Notes under the pieces: model-generated
The model's input: the letters and a program-made list of their open reading frames with translations, nothing else
Database searches by the model: none
Told to the model about the DNA's origin: nothing
In this document: one piece after another, positions 39,878 to 51,698 of the stretch
Layout: each line of letters starts with the position of its first letter
How positions within the stretch are numbered: the first letter of the stretch is position 1
Program-made: the position numbers and the translations under genes
Assembly: GCA_023231475.1 (NCBI GenBank)
Contig: JALJEE010000288.1
Span: forward strand, 1-64,000
Reading direction: 5' to 3'
From: Seison nebaliae
Lineage: Eukaryota
DNA: 64,000 nucleotides

Positions 39878-41187
39878 CTATTCTTTGATGGATGAATAAT
39901 TGAAAACAGAATACTACAATTCCCCTTGTTGGACTGAATGAAAGATGTTCTGTCAATGCAATTTTCTTCCCCAAAATTCTCTTTTCAAAAAAAGAAAAAA
40001 AAATTTGGATGTTTCAATGTGGAAGAATATTGTTTTGAAAATGAATTATCCATCCTCACTCTCTTACCTACACCCCATCCACACCACACACAGAGAAAAA
40101 AATAAAATTTTACAATCTTTCAAAACGAAATCTTTAACGAATCAATCAAAATTCAAACTAATTTTTATAGGAATCACAAAATGTGCAAAAAATATTTTAC
40201 TTCCTTATGTATCGTTGATGATTCTCGAGATACTGGATAAATAACTGTGTGAATATAATTCAAAAATCCCTTAGTCCTAATGATAAGGCAAAAAAAATTT
40301 TAGTACATTTCCTATCTGTTAAATTACAACGGTTTTTGATCTATTTAATTTTTTTTATTTTTCGCACGCATCACGATTGAAAGAAATGAATGAATGAAAT
40401 GAATAAAAGAAAGATAAATTTATTTTTTAGTTTGCGACTTACAAATAAGAATCCTCTATATGTGTCTCTGAAGAGAAAAATGAATTTAATCGAAACAAAA
40501 TTCTCAACTGCCGAAACAACAAAATGTTCCCCCTATTTATAGTTATTTGGTTCAGACATCAAGCATTGCAATTCATGGATGAAATGTTTGAAGACGTGTA
40601 ATTAGGCGCTTCCTCATGAGAAGAGTTTCATTTTATTTCAAAATTAAAGAGTTTAGTCAAATTCCCAGCTTTGGAATTTTGAGAGAATTCAGTTTTATTT
40701 GTCCGATCGAAACTAAAATAAAATATATTTTCGATAAAGTTTCCATCAGATTCTTCCCGTTTTTATACTCGTCGACCGCTCCCATTCATAGACAAAATAT
40801 AATTATATTGTTATTCTAAAACGTTAGTACTAACTTAAAACATAAGAATAATAAATTAAAATTTTAGCTTATGAATTTACTTTAAAATGGTTCAATTTAC
40901 TCTCATTTAATAGAACACTATTGTGAATTGTTATTTCACAGATATAACAGAAACATCACGATTGATAACTTTTATTTAGGAAATGTCAACTATACAGTTA
41001 ACAAAGTTAAAAGGACAATGTTTCATTAAATTATTTTTTTTGATTTTTAGACAATTTTCGGATTTTTGTTTGAATTCTTTTTTTAAGCTTTTAAAAATTA
41101 ACTCTTTGGTAAATTTAATTAATTTCGAGTTCCAACAAACTCTTATTATATTTTTATTTGTTAGCCTATTCTCGTCAATATTCAACA

Positions 41188-42006
41188 ATGAGTGGTTACA
41201 GTGCGTCATTAGGACGTTTGGCAATGTCCACTCGTATCACAACATTACCAGGTGTCACTGGTCTGACATCGAGGAAATCATTGAAAAGTAAATCATTTCA
41301 AGAAGTTCATTTGACAAAAGATAGTCCGATGGTTAGTAAGAAATCGATGTTACCTTGCCACAATCTGTTGTCGGTAAGTAATGGAATTAATCGAGCATTA
41401 TCAGTAAGATGTGTTCATTCGGATATTAAAGTTCCATCATTCGATGATTATCGAAAGAAAGATCGATTGAATCCGAATGAAAAGATGTCAAAAGATGATG
41501 AGATTGCAAGTCGAGCTTATACATATGTAGCTCAATTCGGAACTGGTGTAGCTGTAGCTTATGGCGCGAAAGCGACAGTCATCGATTTGTTGAGTAGTAT
41601 GGGAGCGGCGGCGGATGTTATGGCTCTCTCGAAGTTGGAGGTAAATTTGAGTGATATTCCCGAAGGAAAAAATATGGTCTTCAAATGGAGAAGTAAACCA
41701 TTATTCATTTGTCATCGATCACAACATGAGATCAACAGAGAATTAAAAACTGATCACACTCAATTGAAAGATCCAGAAAGAGATGAAGATCGAGTCCAAA
41801 AACCGGAATGGTTAATCGTCTTAGGTATCTGTACTCATTTGGGTTGTGTACCTATTGGGAATGCTGGTGACTTCGGTGGTTTTTATTGTCCATGTCATGG
41901 ATCGCATTACGACAAGAGTGGACGTATTCGACGTGGACCGGCACCTTTAAATCTAGAAGTTCCACCTTACACATTCACTGCTGACGATGTTGTAGTAGTC
42001 GGTTGA
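41188..42006 (+). CDS. UQCRFS1: Cytochrome b-c1 complex Rieske iron-sulfur subunit
   Basis: CTHLGC and CPCHGS Rieske motifs, GPAPLNLEVP, N-terminal targeting-like peptide. Confidence 0.97.
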   Translation: MSGYSASLGRLAMSTRITTLPGVTGLTSRKSLKSKSFQEVHLTKDSPMVSKKSMLPCHNLLSVSNGINRALSVRCVHSDIKVPSFDDYRKKDRLNPNEKMSKDDEIASRAYTYVAQFGTGVAVAYGAKATVIDLLSSMGAAADVMALSKLEVNLSDIPEGKNMVFKWRSKPLFICHRSQHEINRELKTDHTQLKDPERDEDRVQKPEWLIVLGICTHLGCVPIGNAGDFGGFYCPCHGSHYDKSGRIRRGPAPLNLEVPPYTFTADDVVVVG

Positions 42007-42920
42007 GTTGAAAAATTGTATTGTTCATCAATCTTATCTCTTTATTTACTTCTTTATTTCAACGTTGTTATACGTGAAGTAAAATAAAAAATTCTTTCTC
42101 CTTAATCTAATTTATTTGAAATTCTCTTATTTTTCTTCAAAAAGCCCATAAATAATTTATTTAAATTGGAATGTTTAAACTTTTCCATAACTTATAATAA
42201 TAATATAATGTTTATAGTTTTATTTTAAATTTAGTAAACAAAACAATATTTTGTAAATATAATTAATTAATTAACAATTCGGTAACTTTCCTGGTTCTTA
42301 TAAATATGATAAGTGACACTAATTATAATTAATAACCATTATTTTAACTTCAAATAATATTCGAAGGATATGACTGTAACGAATAATTCCATACACAAGA
42401 AAGATTTTCGACGATTATTCAGTTAAAATAATCTAAATTTTTATTAAAAAAACAATTGCTTAGTTACGCATTAGATAAGTTTATAAGAGAAGTCATGTAC
42501 GTCGAACAAGATTTTTTCTCCATCGACTTCAATCAACAAAAACTGAAAGAAATTTATTTAAAATTTGAGGGAGAACTATATCGATTCGACTTATTTTCCT
42601 TCAGTTCATGTGGGAATGATATTACGAATAGAAGTGACTTATGAAGTGAAGGTGGAAGAGGAGATTGTCGTATGTTGTTGTCATTCTTTTTCAAAATTAC
42701 TGATTGGAGGAATGGTATGAAAGTAAAAACAATTGTTAGTGCAGATTAGTAATAGATGATAAGGAGACTCATTGCCAGAGTCGATTAAGTTTTTAAGATT
42801 TTTTTCGTCTACTTTTTCCTTAGTTGGTTGGTTGGTGGGGTTGATTTATTTAAATAAGAATTGCTTATTATTCTCTTGTTTCAGAATGGAAGTGTGAAGA
42901 GAAGAGATGATGTAGCCTCC

Positions 42921-42933
42921 GTTACTTGGAAAC
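42921..42933. promoter_or_regulatory. Candidate RFX X-box upstream of tektin
   Basis: GTTACTTGGAAAC, ~290 bp upstream of the ATG at 43225. Confidence 0.55.
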
Positions 42934-43224
42934 GAAGAAGAAGAAGAAGCAAACAACAACACATTGCAACTTATCGGAATTTGAATGACCTTTCTTGTAT
43001 CGGCTGTTGTTCATCTTCTCCCATAATCTTCATTCTTCTTCACATATTATTCGACTTTGTTTGACTTCTTCCAATTGTTGAAAAAATCGAAAGTCATTCT
43101 TGTCATAAGCAAATGATTACTTGAATTTTATTTATAAATTTTCTATTCTCATCTCAAACAAATCAGATTATCCCACAAACATTATTTTTCATTAAGTTTA
43201 GAAGAATTTTATTTTCGATTTAAA

Positions 43225-45843
43225 ATGACAACGACATATATGCATGATTTCGGTATGAGACAACGACAAAAGACGATGTTCCTTCCTTCAATTAACAGTC
43301 GTCCAAATACGAGATGTGGTGGTCTAGTTGATAATAGCCGAGTGCGAAGAATTCCATTTACACCGACGGCATTAATGAGGTCGAAAACACTTGGAGTGGA
43401 CGAATTTAAAGCATTGAAACGACCGTCCACCGCTTATATTAATCGGATCAATGCTGATATTGTTAGTAGACATGTTGTTCGATAAAAGAAAACACGTAAA
43501 AGAAAGGAAATATTTGAATGGAATATATATTTATTCTCACTTATCCACTTTGAGAATATTATTTTTGAGAATTTGTTTTTATTAGTTAGTTACCTAACAA
43601 GCGATACCTTGTGAGTAGTTGTAGCCATGTCTAAATGAAGTTGGTGTTACTTCTCCTCAATAGTGATTATAGGACGAAATATTGGTTGGAGGATAATTGA
43701 ATTATTCATTCAACCATCCAATTATCAAAATTTATGCATACACTTCTTTTCGAATTTCCTCAATTACAATTCTTTCATTTCACTATTAAATTGTGAAGAA
43801 AGGACCAAGGTCACTTGCTTTTCTGTTTAATTTCGCTTAAAGTACCTAATGCCGTTAACTGTATGTATATGAGAAGTTCTGTCAACTTTCAATTGGGTAT
43901 ATCTATAAACATAGAAGCAATCTCTTTCATAATTCAGTCTCTCCTATAACTATATGATCCGTCTCCATTTATCGTGTGAATGGATTTATTTTTGGAGTTC
44001 TTTATGGATTTCTAACATATTCCATTACTTTGCTTAATAATACAAAATACATATCCTCGATTGGTTAAAGAAAAAATTGTCGGAAAATTTTTCATTTTAG
44101 TCGAAAAAGATATGTTAAATTCGAAGACACTATATCAAGATAGTTATGGACGAGCGTCCCTACCAAGATCCCAAAGTCTCCTCTTAAATCGAAAGAGTCA
44201 TGTAACTGATATAAATAAATGGTCTGCTAATCTGCAGACGAAAAAATCATTATCTCCTCCACTTGTTCGGACATTAAATCAGATGTCTTCCGCTAAAGTC
44301 TCTCAATATTTCCGAACAATCAAATTAAAACTTTTCCATATTTTCAGGTTCCAACAATTTTCCCCGCGGCTCGCAATTCACTTTATACGAAATTTACACC
44401 TGACGAATGGCATAGATCCAATTTCAGTCATTATAATGCTTCTGATAAAATTCGTGATAATGCGGAAAGGTTGAGGGAGGAAGCCATCCGACTAGCCAAA
44501 GAAAAAGATTCGATAACTCATTTGAATAATGTGGAATCAAGTAAAAAATTAGGTAGATCTTCATCTACATATATCCAATTCTTCACAGTCATTTCTCCTA
44601 TAAATATCCAATTTAGGTGAACGAATTGCCGATATTGCTCATTGGAAAGAAGAATTGGAACGTGAGAAACAACGACTTCTCCAAACCATCAAGATGGTGG
44701 AAGATAAGAAGAAAAATTTAGAGAAAGTTTTCTTTAATTTTCTTTCATTGACATGATTTCGATTAGGTATTGGCGGATACGGAAGGACCATTAAAAATAG
44801 CAAAGGAGAATTTGTATGAACGTGAGAAACGACAAGGAATTGATATGGTTCATGATAATGTGGAACAGGAATTAATGTCGGAAGTTGATGTGATTCGTCT
44901 AAATCAGGAACGTTTGATGAACGACATTGAACAATGTAAGAAACAATTAGGGTTTCCTTTTAATGACTAACTTCTTTTTAGTAATAATTCCTTCTAGAAT
45001 GAATCGTGCAATACTTCATGAATTAGAGAGAGATTCGATGGATAAATTCCGTGCAAAACAATTAGACGAATCAGCTCATGGTCTTACCAACACTAGTAAA
45101 GGTATTCAACATTATAATGGAATCGAATCTTCAGTCATAACGTTTCTTTAAGTTCAACATTAAGTTAAATGACATTTGTTTTCAGAGTGAATAATCCAGT
45201 TCAATGGATGGAATTTACTGAAGAGAATATTAGACGTTCACAAATGGAACGTGAAGCATCAGATCAACTTGCTAAGCGAAGTGATGAAACAATGAATCAA
45301 GTTATTGAAGAAATATGGAAACAACATAATCGAACAAATGTGGCTCTCGATCGTCGTGTACATGAAGTGCAACATGCCCGAAATAACTTACAAAATCATT
45401 TAAATAAAGTTCTCATCATTTTGTTTCTTTCAATTTGTGCCAATTAATTTCCATAGATATTAAACGAAATTTTCGATCTGGAAAAGAATTTGGAGTTATT
45501 AAGAAAAACAATGAATGACAAAGAACAATGGTTGAAAGTGGCTGAAACTCGTTTGGAGGTACGAAATCATCGACCAAATGTCGAATTAACTGCTGACAAT
45601 CCAAGTTCTCGATTGATTCATGAAGTGGATGATTTGAAGCAGACGTTGAGTGAACTTTATGGAAAAGTGCGACAAGGAGAAAACGCATTGCAACATTTAT
45701 TGAGGCAAAAGGTGGCGTTAGAACACGATTTGGGTATCAAGAATAATTCCTTGTTCATCGATCGAGATAAATGTTTAGGTGTAAGGAAAACTTTGAATAT
45801 GTCATCGCCTGCCAATTTAGCGACAACCGTCGCTTATTATTAA
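43225..45843 (+). CDS. Tektin (TEKT3/5-like); first exon 43225-~43465 tentative
   Basis: [37 protein letters not shown], signature [25 protein letters not shown]. Six short introns between ~44298 and 45456. Confidence 0.9.
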
Positions 45844-46035
45844 TGAATAATATTCGGAAAACATTTATTTTCCAATCTTCATCCAAACTTATTTTACTTA
45901 TTTCCATTTTCTTTCTCTCAACTTAAACTGATGATCCTGAACGATCGTAACATAATAATAATGACTAAAATATTATCTTATTCTAATTAAAACTTTTATT
46001 TGAATATCAATATTTTGGGAAACGAAAATTTGTTT

Positions 46036-46581
46036 TTAAAAAATAGAATCATCGTCTAGTTCTTCTTCCTCGTTAGCTCTAATCTCGCCACCTTTAACGA
46101 TGGAGAACTTAACATTCTTTTCATGACGAGTATTTACCTCAATCATCGTATCCACTAATTCCTGTCCTTCAATCACTTTAGCAAATACAACATTTCTATA
46201 ATTCAACCAAGGCATGGGCATCGTCGTTATATAGAACTGGGAAGAATTGGAATGGGGAATGCCTTTATTGGCCATACCGACCAGATATGGTTGACCATGA
46301 TGAACATCAAAACTCTCGTCAATGAAAGTATTTCCATAAATACTTAACCCACCAGTTCCATCAAAATTAGTTATATCTCCTCCTTGAACGTAACCTTCGG
46401 TATATTTATGAAAAGTAGACCCACGATATCCATAACCTTTCGATCCACAACACAAACTCGTGAAATTCGAACATGTCATTGGAACTATATCTTTAAATAA
46501 CTCGAATACTAATCTCCCGAATGGTTGGCCGTCTCGATAGAGATCCAAAAAACATTTGGATTCTGGAAGATGATAACTCAT
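46036..46581 (-). CDS. Single-domain cyclophilin-type PPIase (PPIL6-like motifs)
   Basis: GRLVFELFKDIVPMTCSNF, QGGDITNFDGTGGLSIYG, GMANKG..SNSSQFYIT. Confidence 0.92.
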   Translation of the reverse strand: MSYHLPESKCFLDLYRDGQPFGRLVFELFKDIVPMTCSNFTSLCCGSKGYGYRGSTFHKYTEGYVQGGDITNFDGTGGLSIYGNTFIDESFDVHHGQPYLVGMANKGIPHSNSSQFYITTMPMPWLNYRNVVFAKVIEGQELVDTMIEVNTRHEKNVKFSIVKGGEIRANEEEELDDDSIF

Positions 46582-46774
46582 GTCGATCTAACGGTTTTCT
46601 GGAAATATAACGTTTCTTTACGAGAAAAGTTTTTCGAGAAAAACATGGAAATTTTGGAGGTAAATATATGATCGATAAACTTTCAAATTTTTAGTTTAGA
46701 ATCCCAAATATTTTTCTTATTATTATAATTTCTATTCGATTATTCTTATGGTCAATTAAAAATATTTATTGGTA

Positions 46775-48403
46775 ATGTTACGATTATATGAAAATGATGA
46801 ATATGAGAAGATGGATGAGAAAAGGAAGAGGAGAATGAAGAAATTGGATTGGCGGGAAGATTTGAAGAGAATAAAAATAATTTATAACGAGAGAATGGAG
46901 AAAGTTGAAGAATTATCAGAGAAATCATCAAACATGTATGATGAACGGACGTTTCGTGAAGGATTGACTTATCCACAAATTGAAAAATGGGAAAATATTT
47001 ATTTCATTCCAACATTCAAAGAGCGATATTATATGAAGAAGGAATTAGAAATACGAAGACTTCTCGAACAAGAAACGATGAAAACTAAATTAGAGAGAAA
47101 TAAATTCAGTTTAAATGACGGATTAATTAAAGAATATTGTAAATCGACAACGAAAGAACAATGTCTTCTAGATAAGAGAAAAGAGAATAAATATTTGCCA
47201 TGTAAGAAATTGCATTTCCATCCAATTCATCGACCGACAACTGATAGTCAATTAGGAGATTGTTCTTTTCTCAATACTTGTTTCCATAAACTCATTTGTA
47301 AATATCTTCATTATCAAATTGATTATGATAGACATCGTGATGAATCAGCCATTCCTCGAATAACTTCCAATTCCATTATTCGAACGAGTCGTATCAAAAA
47401 AGAACCATTACTTCCCCAATGGATTCAATGTGATTTGAGGACGTTGGATGTGAGTATTTTGGGGAAATTTGAAATCATTATGGCTGATCCTCCATGGGAT
47501 ATCCATATGCAATTACCATATGGTACGATGAATGATACAGAAATGATCAGTCTACAAGTACCGAAATTACAAGATGAAGGATACATTTTCTTATGGGTGA
47601 CAGGTCGAGCGATGGAATTGGGAAGAGATTGTCTCGCTAAATGGGGATATAAGATATGTAATGAAATCGTCTGGATTAAAACGAATCAATTACAGAAAAT
47701 CATTAGAACTGGTCGTACCGGTCACTGGTTGAATCATGGGAAAGAGCATTGTCTCATTGGTGTTAAAGGTGATCCTGGTGCTGATAAATTCCATCATGGT
47801 CTTGATTGTGATGTGATTGTAGCGGAAGTTCGTGCCACTTCTCACAAACCTGATGAGATTTATGCGATCGCTGAACGATTGGCACCCGGTGGAAGAAAAT
47901 TGGAGTTATTCGGACGACAACACAATATCAAACCTAATTGGTTCACTTTAGGCAATCAATTGGATGGTGTCCATATCGTTGATTTAGATATTGGGAAACG
48001 ATATCTGGAACGTTATGGTCACGTATCGGCCATGGAAGAAACGGAGAAATTACAGAAAGAAAAGGGAGAAGATGTTCCAGCCAGACAAGAAAGATATGAG
48101 AGTATGATCAATTCTCAATTCATCAAAGACGATGGACAAAATAAATCGAAAGATGTTGACGATATAAATGTTGGTAATAATGGCCATAAAATTCATAATT
48201 CCAATCCAAATTATCACACTTATCATCGTTCAATTGCCGATTATCATTATAACAAATCGGGGAATGATTATCATCATAATTCTAATACATCTTCTCAACA
48301 TCATAATAATCATCATCATCATTATTATAATAAGAATAATAAACAATCGACTGATTATCATTATTATAATCATAATTACAAAGATAAACGAACAAGATAT
48401 TAA
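46775..48403 (+). CDS. METTL3: mRNA N6-adenosine methyltransferase catalytic subunit (intronless)
   Basis: Two CCCH zinc fingers (CKKLHF; GDCSFLNTCFH..CKYLHY), catalytic DPPW, IRTGRTGHWLNHGKEHCL, TSHKPDEIY, LELFGR. Confidence 0.96.
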   Translation: MLRLYENDEYEKMDEKRKRRMKKLDWREDLKRIKIIYNERMEKVEELSEKSSNMYDERTFREGLTYPQIEKWENIYFIPTFKERYYMKKELEIRRLLEQETMKTKLERNKFSLNDGLIKEYCKSTTKEQCLLDKRKENKYLPCKKLHFHPIHRPTTDSQLGDCSFLNTCFHKLICKYLHYQIDYDRHRDESAIPRITSNSIIRTSRIKKEPLLPQWIQCDLRTLDVSILGKFEIIMADPPWDIHMQLPYGTMNDTEMISLQVPKLQDEGYIFLWVTGRAMELGRDCLAKWGYKICNEIVWIKTNQLQKIIRTGRTGHWLNHGKEHCLIGVKGDPGADKFHHGLDCDVIVAEVRATSHKPDEIYAIAERLAPGGRKLELFGRQHNIKPNWFTLGNQLDGVHIVDLDIGKRYLERYGHVSAMEETEKLQKEKGEDVPARQERYESMINSQFIKDDGQNKSKDVDDINVGNNGHKIHNSNPNYHTYHRSIADYHYNKSGNDYHHNSNTSSQHHNNHHHHYYNKNNKQSTDYHYYNHNYKDKRTRY

Positions 48404-48440
48404 ATAATTTCAAAATTTCTTCCAAATTTTTTAAAAATTC

Positions 48441-48467
48441 ATATATATATATATATATATATATATA
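48441..48467. repeat. (AT)n microsatellite
   Basis: About 13 AT units between METTL3 and MICU. Confidence 0.9.
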
Positions 48468-48576
48468 AATTCTATTTTTCTATTAGATCATCAAAGACAA
48501 TATTAATTTATATTTAATTTTCTATTTCTTTTAATCCAAATTAGTATGATCTTAAAATAATCAGTTTGTTTTTCTA

Positions 48577-50856
48577 ATGTATCGTCGATTTGTTCGATTA
48601 TGTCTTACTCCTTCTTTATTTAATAACAATTATTCTTATCAACAACAACAACAACGGAAACAGATAATTCGATTGAATTCAGAGAAAAGAGAATTCTTTT
48701 CTATTAATCGAAAAAATGTCGTTTTTACCATTCCAAGAGCATTCTTCAAATTTTTCTTAGTATTCTCTTTTGGAGGTTGGAAGATTTTAAGAAAATAATA
48801 TCATTAAATCATCAATATCTTCATTAAACATTTAAAGGAACATTATATTTTCTTAATCAACGACTTCGTAACAAACGAGAACAAGAGAAACAACAAGGAA
48901 TATTAGACGATCCTGAAGATTATTTCGATGGATTAGATGCGAGGAAATTGACAGTGAGAGAGAAAAGATTTCTTAGATTTGCTTCTGTCAAATATGAAGG
49001 AGTTCCATATATGACACCTCTCGATTTCATCGAAGCTGTTACCGTCGATCGTCCTCGACCAAGAGTTGGACGTCGAATAGTTAATGAACGTGAAGTGAGA
49101 CGAATGCTTCGCAATACTCCTGAAACGAAAGATAATTCTAAATATTTTTTCCGCGAACTTGAAGATAATGGATTGATCTCTTATACCGAATATCTTTTCC
49201 TTCTCACCATTCTAACTAAACCACGATCTGGTTTCTCCATCGCTTTCAAAATGTTCGATGTTGACGGAAATAATATTGTGGATAAAGGTGAATTTCTCAT
49301 TTTGGAACGAGTAATGGGTGCAGGAATAGCAGAATCGAGAGAACGACGACAAGTCGCTGTGAAGGAGGCTTATAAGAAAACTGATTCAACAGGTGAAGTT
49401 GGATCTGGAATTGATGATGCTGCTAGTTTAATGATGAACAAACAAGTTCCACTAATTCAAGATGGTGGATTGAAAATGAAAATGAATCGACAAGGAGAAA
49501 TGATTGAGACAGATAAAATGAATGAGGAAAAAGAAGAAAAAGTAAAAAGTGATTATCAAACGAAAATTGCAGAGAATCAAGAAGAATCCAAATCATTTCT
49601 CTTACAAATTTATTTTAAAGTTATTAATTTCAACTTTTTCTTCTTCTTCCTCATTACATTAACATTTGATAGATAAGAAAATATTTAGAAGAAAAGAATT
49701 CTTTATTTCAATTAATTCGAAATGAAAAATTAGATGAGAAGAAAAGAAAAACAACAAATTTCAATTTGGACAGAAAGAATCTTTTATCTTTAGTTGACGT
49801 TAGTGGAAATTTGTTTTCATTCTCAAAAAAAAAGAAATTCATTTTTTCTTCTAAATCAAAGGATAATTCCATTGAAATTAATCTTCATTCGGTAAACAAC
49901 AAATTTTCATAATTTTCTTTCATCGAAATTTGTGCCCAATTTGTTTTTCCTTTTCCCACAATTTCCCGTTTCACATCTCTCACTGTAATTTTCGTTCATG
50001 AATGTTTTTTCTTGAACTTCTTCTCCCGTTCTTTGTATTCTTTTTCTGTTTATACTTCAGAAATTTTATTTTTCTGTTTAATTATTATTTCTGTTTGAGA
50101 AATTTTTATTCTCACAGATCGATAATGTTCAAGTGGAGCTTGTATATTGCCGTTAAATAGTAGTTATGTGACTAGTCATTAATTATAATTAATATTTGAT
50201 AACTAATTCATATTTCTCAACAGATTGCGGAACAAGCACAAGAGAGAACAAAGATTATCGATACAACTCTTCTCTATCATTTCTTTGGTGTCGATGGGAA
50301 TTCTTCGTTGAAATATTCTCATTTCGAAACATTCATAAATAATCTTCAAGAAGAAATTTTAGATATCGAATTTCACGAATTCTCCAAAGGCAAAGTTACT
50401 ATCTCTGAATTAGAGTTTGCAGAGATTCTCTTACGATATACGGATGTCGAAGATAGTGTTCGCGAATCAATCAAAGAACGTTTATCAACAACCATCACTT
50501 ATTCGAAGGGAATAACTTTCGATGAATTCCGTCAATTTTGTTTCATCATCAACAACATTGATGATTTCGCAACAGCTATTCGTCTCTTCTCTCATGTTGA
50601 TCGACCAATCTCTCCCAACGAGTTTCAACGAGCAGCCAAAATTACAACTGGATCATATTTAGATGATCATTTCGTTAATATAATTTTCAAGATTTTCGAT
50701 TACGAAGACGAAGGACATCTCAATCAAGACGATTTCATACGAACTATGAAGAATCGATTGAAACGAGGTTTCCGATCGAAAATTAAAGAGAATTTGGAAG
50801 GATGGGAAGGATTTCGTAAATGTCTCTATTATACAACTCGTCGTACTAGTAGTTAA
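48577..50856 (+). CDS. Mitochondrial calcium uptake protein (MICU2/3-like EF-hand)
   Basis: REKRFLRFASVKYEG..YMTPLDFI, GLISYTEYLFLLTILTKP, EF-hand MFDVDGNNIVDKGEF, IDTTLLYHFFG, IFDYEDEGHL. First intron starts at 48776; last exon starts at 50224. Confidence 0.92.
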
Positions 50857-50874
50857 GTTTTCATAAGATTTCTT

Positions 50875-50911
50875 ATTTATTTCTACATATTTATTTCTAC
50901 ATATTTATTTT
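50875..50911. repeat. Tandem 15-mer (atttatttctacat-like, ~2.5 copies) in the MICU 3' UTR region
   Basis: tatttatttctaca-tatttatttctaca-tatttattt read directly. Confidence 0.6.
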
Positions 50912-51314
50912 CATTTTCTGCTAACTAACATTTCTTGATGAATTATAAGTGAATTTTTTTATAATCGAAATAAATTTAATCTTTCTCATTTCATTCGACA
51001 CAACACACTATTGGAATTTCATAGAAATTTATATGTTTTACGAATTTCCTCAACCTTTCTAGCTTATCACGAGTATATCTTAAAAAAATATGTGAAACTA
51101 CTTTGAAATTAGATTAAAAATCAAATTATAAGCTCTGTATTTTATCATTTAAATGTGGAAATATATATTTGATGTATGAAGATACAACTCAATCTTTTGA
51201 ACGTCATTCTTCTCAATTTTCCATAAATTATATCGATTTAATTCAAATATTTTAATTTTGTCTTTATTTTTGATAGATTATCTAGTTTTTTCGTATTGTA
51301 ATTTCCCGAAGAAA

Positions 51315-51698
51315 ATGGTTAGAAAATTTTGTTTGTCATTTCTATTATCTTTTTCAGCCGAAACAATTGAAAGAATGGAAGAAAATGGTTCAATTGATCA
51401 ACGAACGTGATTCATCAGGTAGAAATTTACATTCCAATAATTTATCTTATCTCTCACTATTCTCATTAGGAATCCTTTACTTGAAAGGTGGTGGTGTCCA
51501 CAAGTTCAAGGTGCGAAGTGGCAAATATTTATTCACTTTCAAAACCACATCAAAGAAAGTTGCCAATGATATCCAAACGGTAATCACTTCCGGTTCATTC
51601 ACTATTTTTCTCTCCAGCTTTCAATTCTCTTTCCAAAATAATTTTCAGGAAATCGAAAATATAAAACAATTCAAGCAAAACGTATCCGACGTAATTAA
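51315..51698 (+). CDS. RPL38: 60S ribosomal protein L38 (eL38), divergent, 4 exons
   Basis: Exons 51315-51317 (ATG only), 51358-51418, 51470-51592, 51649-51698. MPKQLKE...HKFKVRSGKYLFTF (cf. KFKVRCSRYLYTL). Confidence 0.82.
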
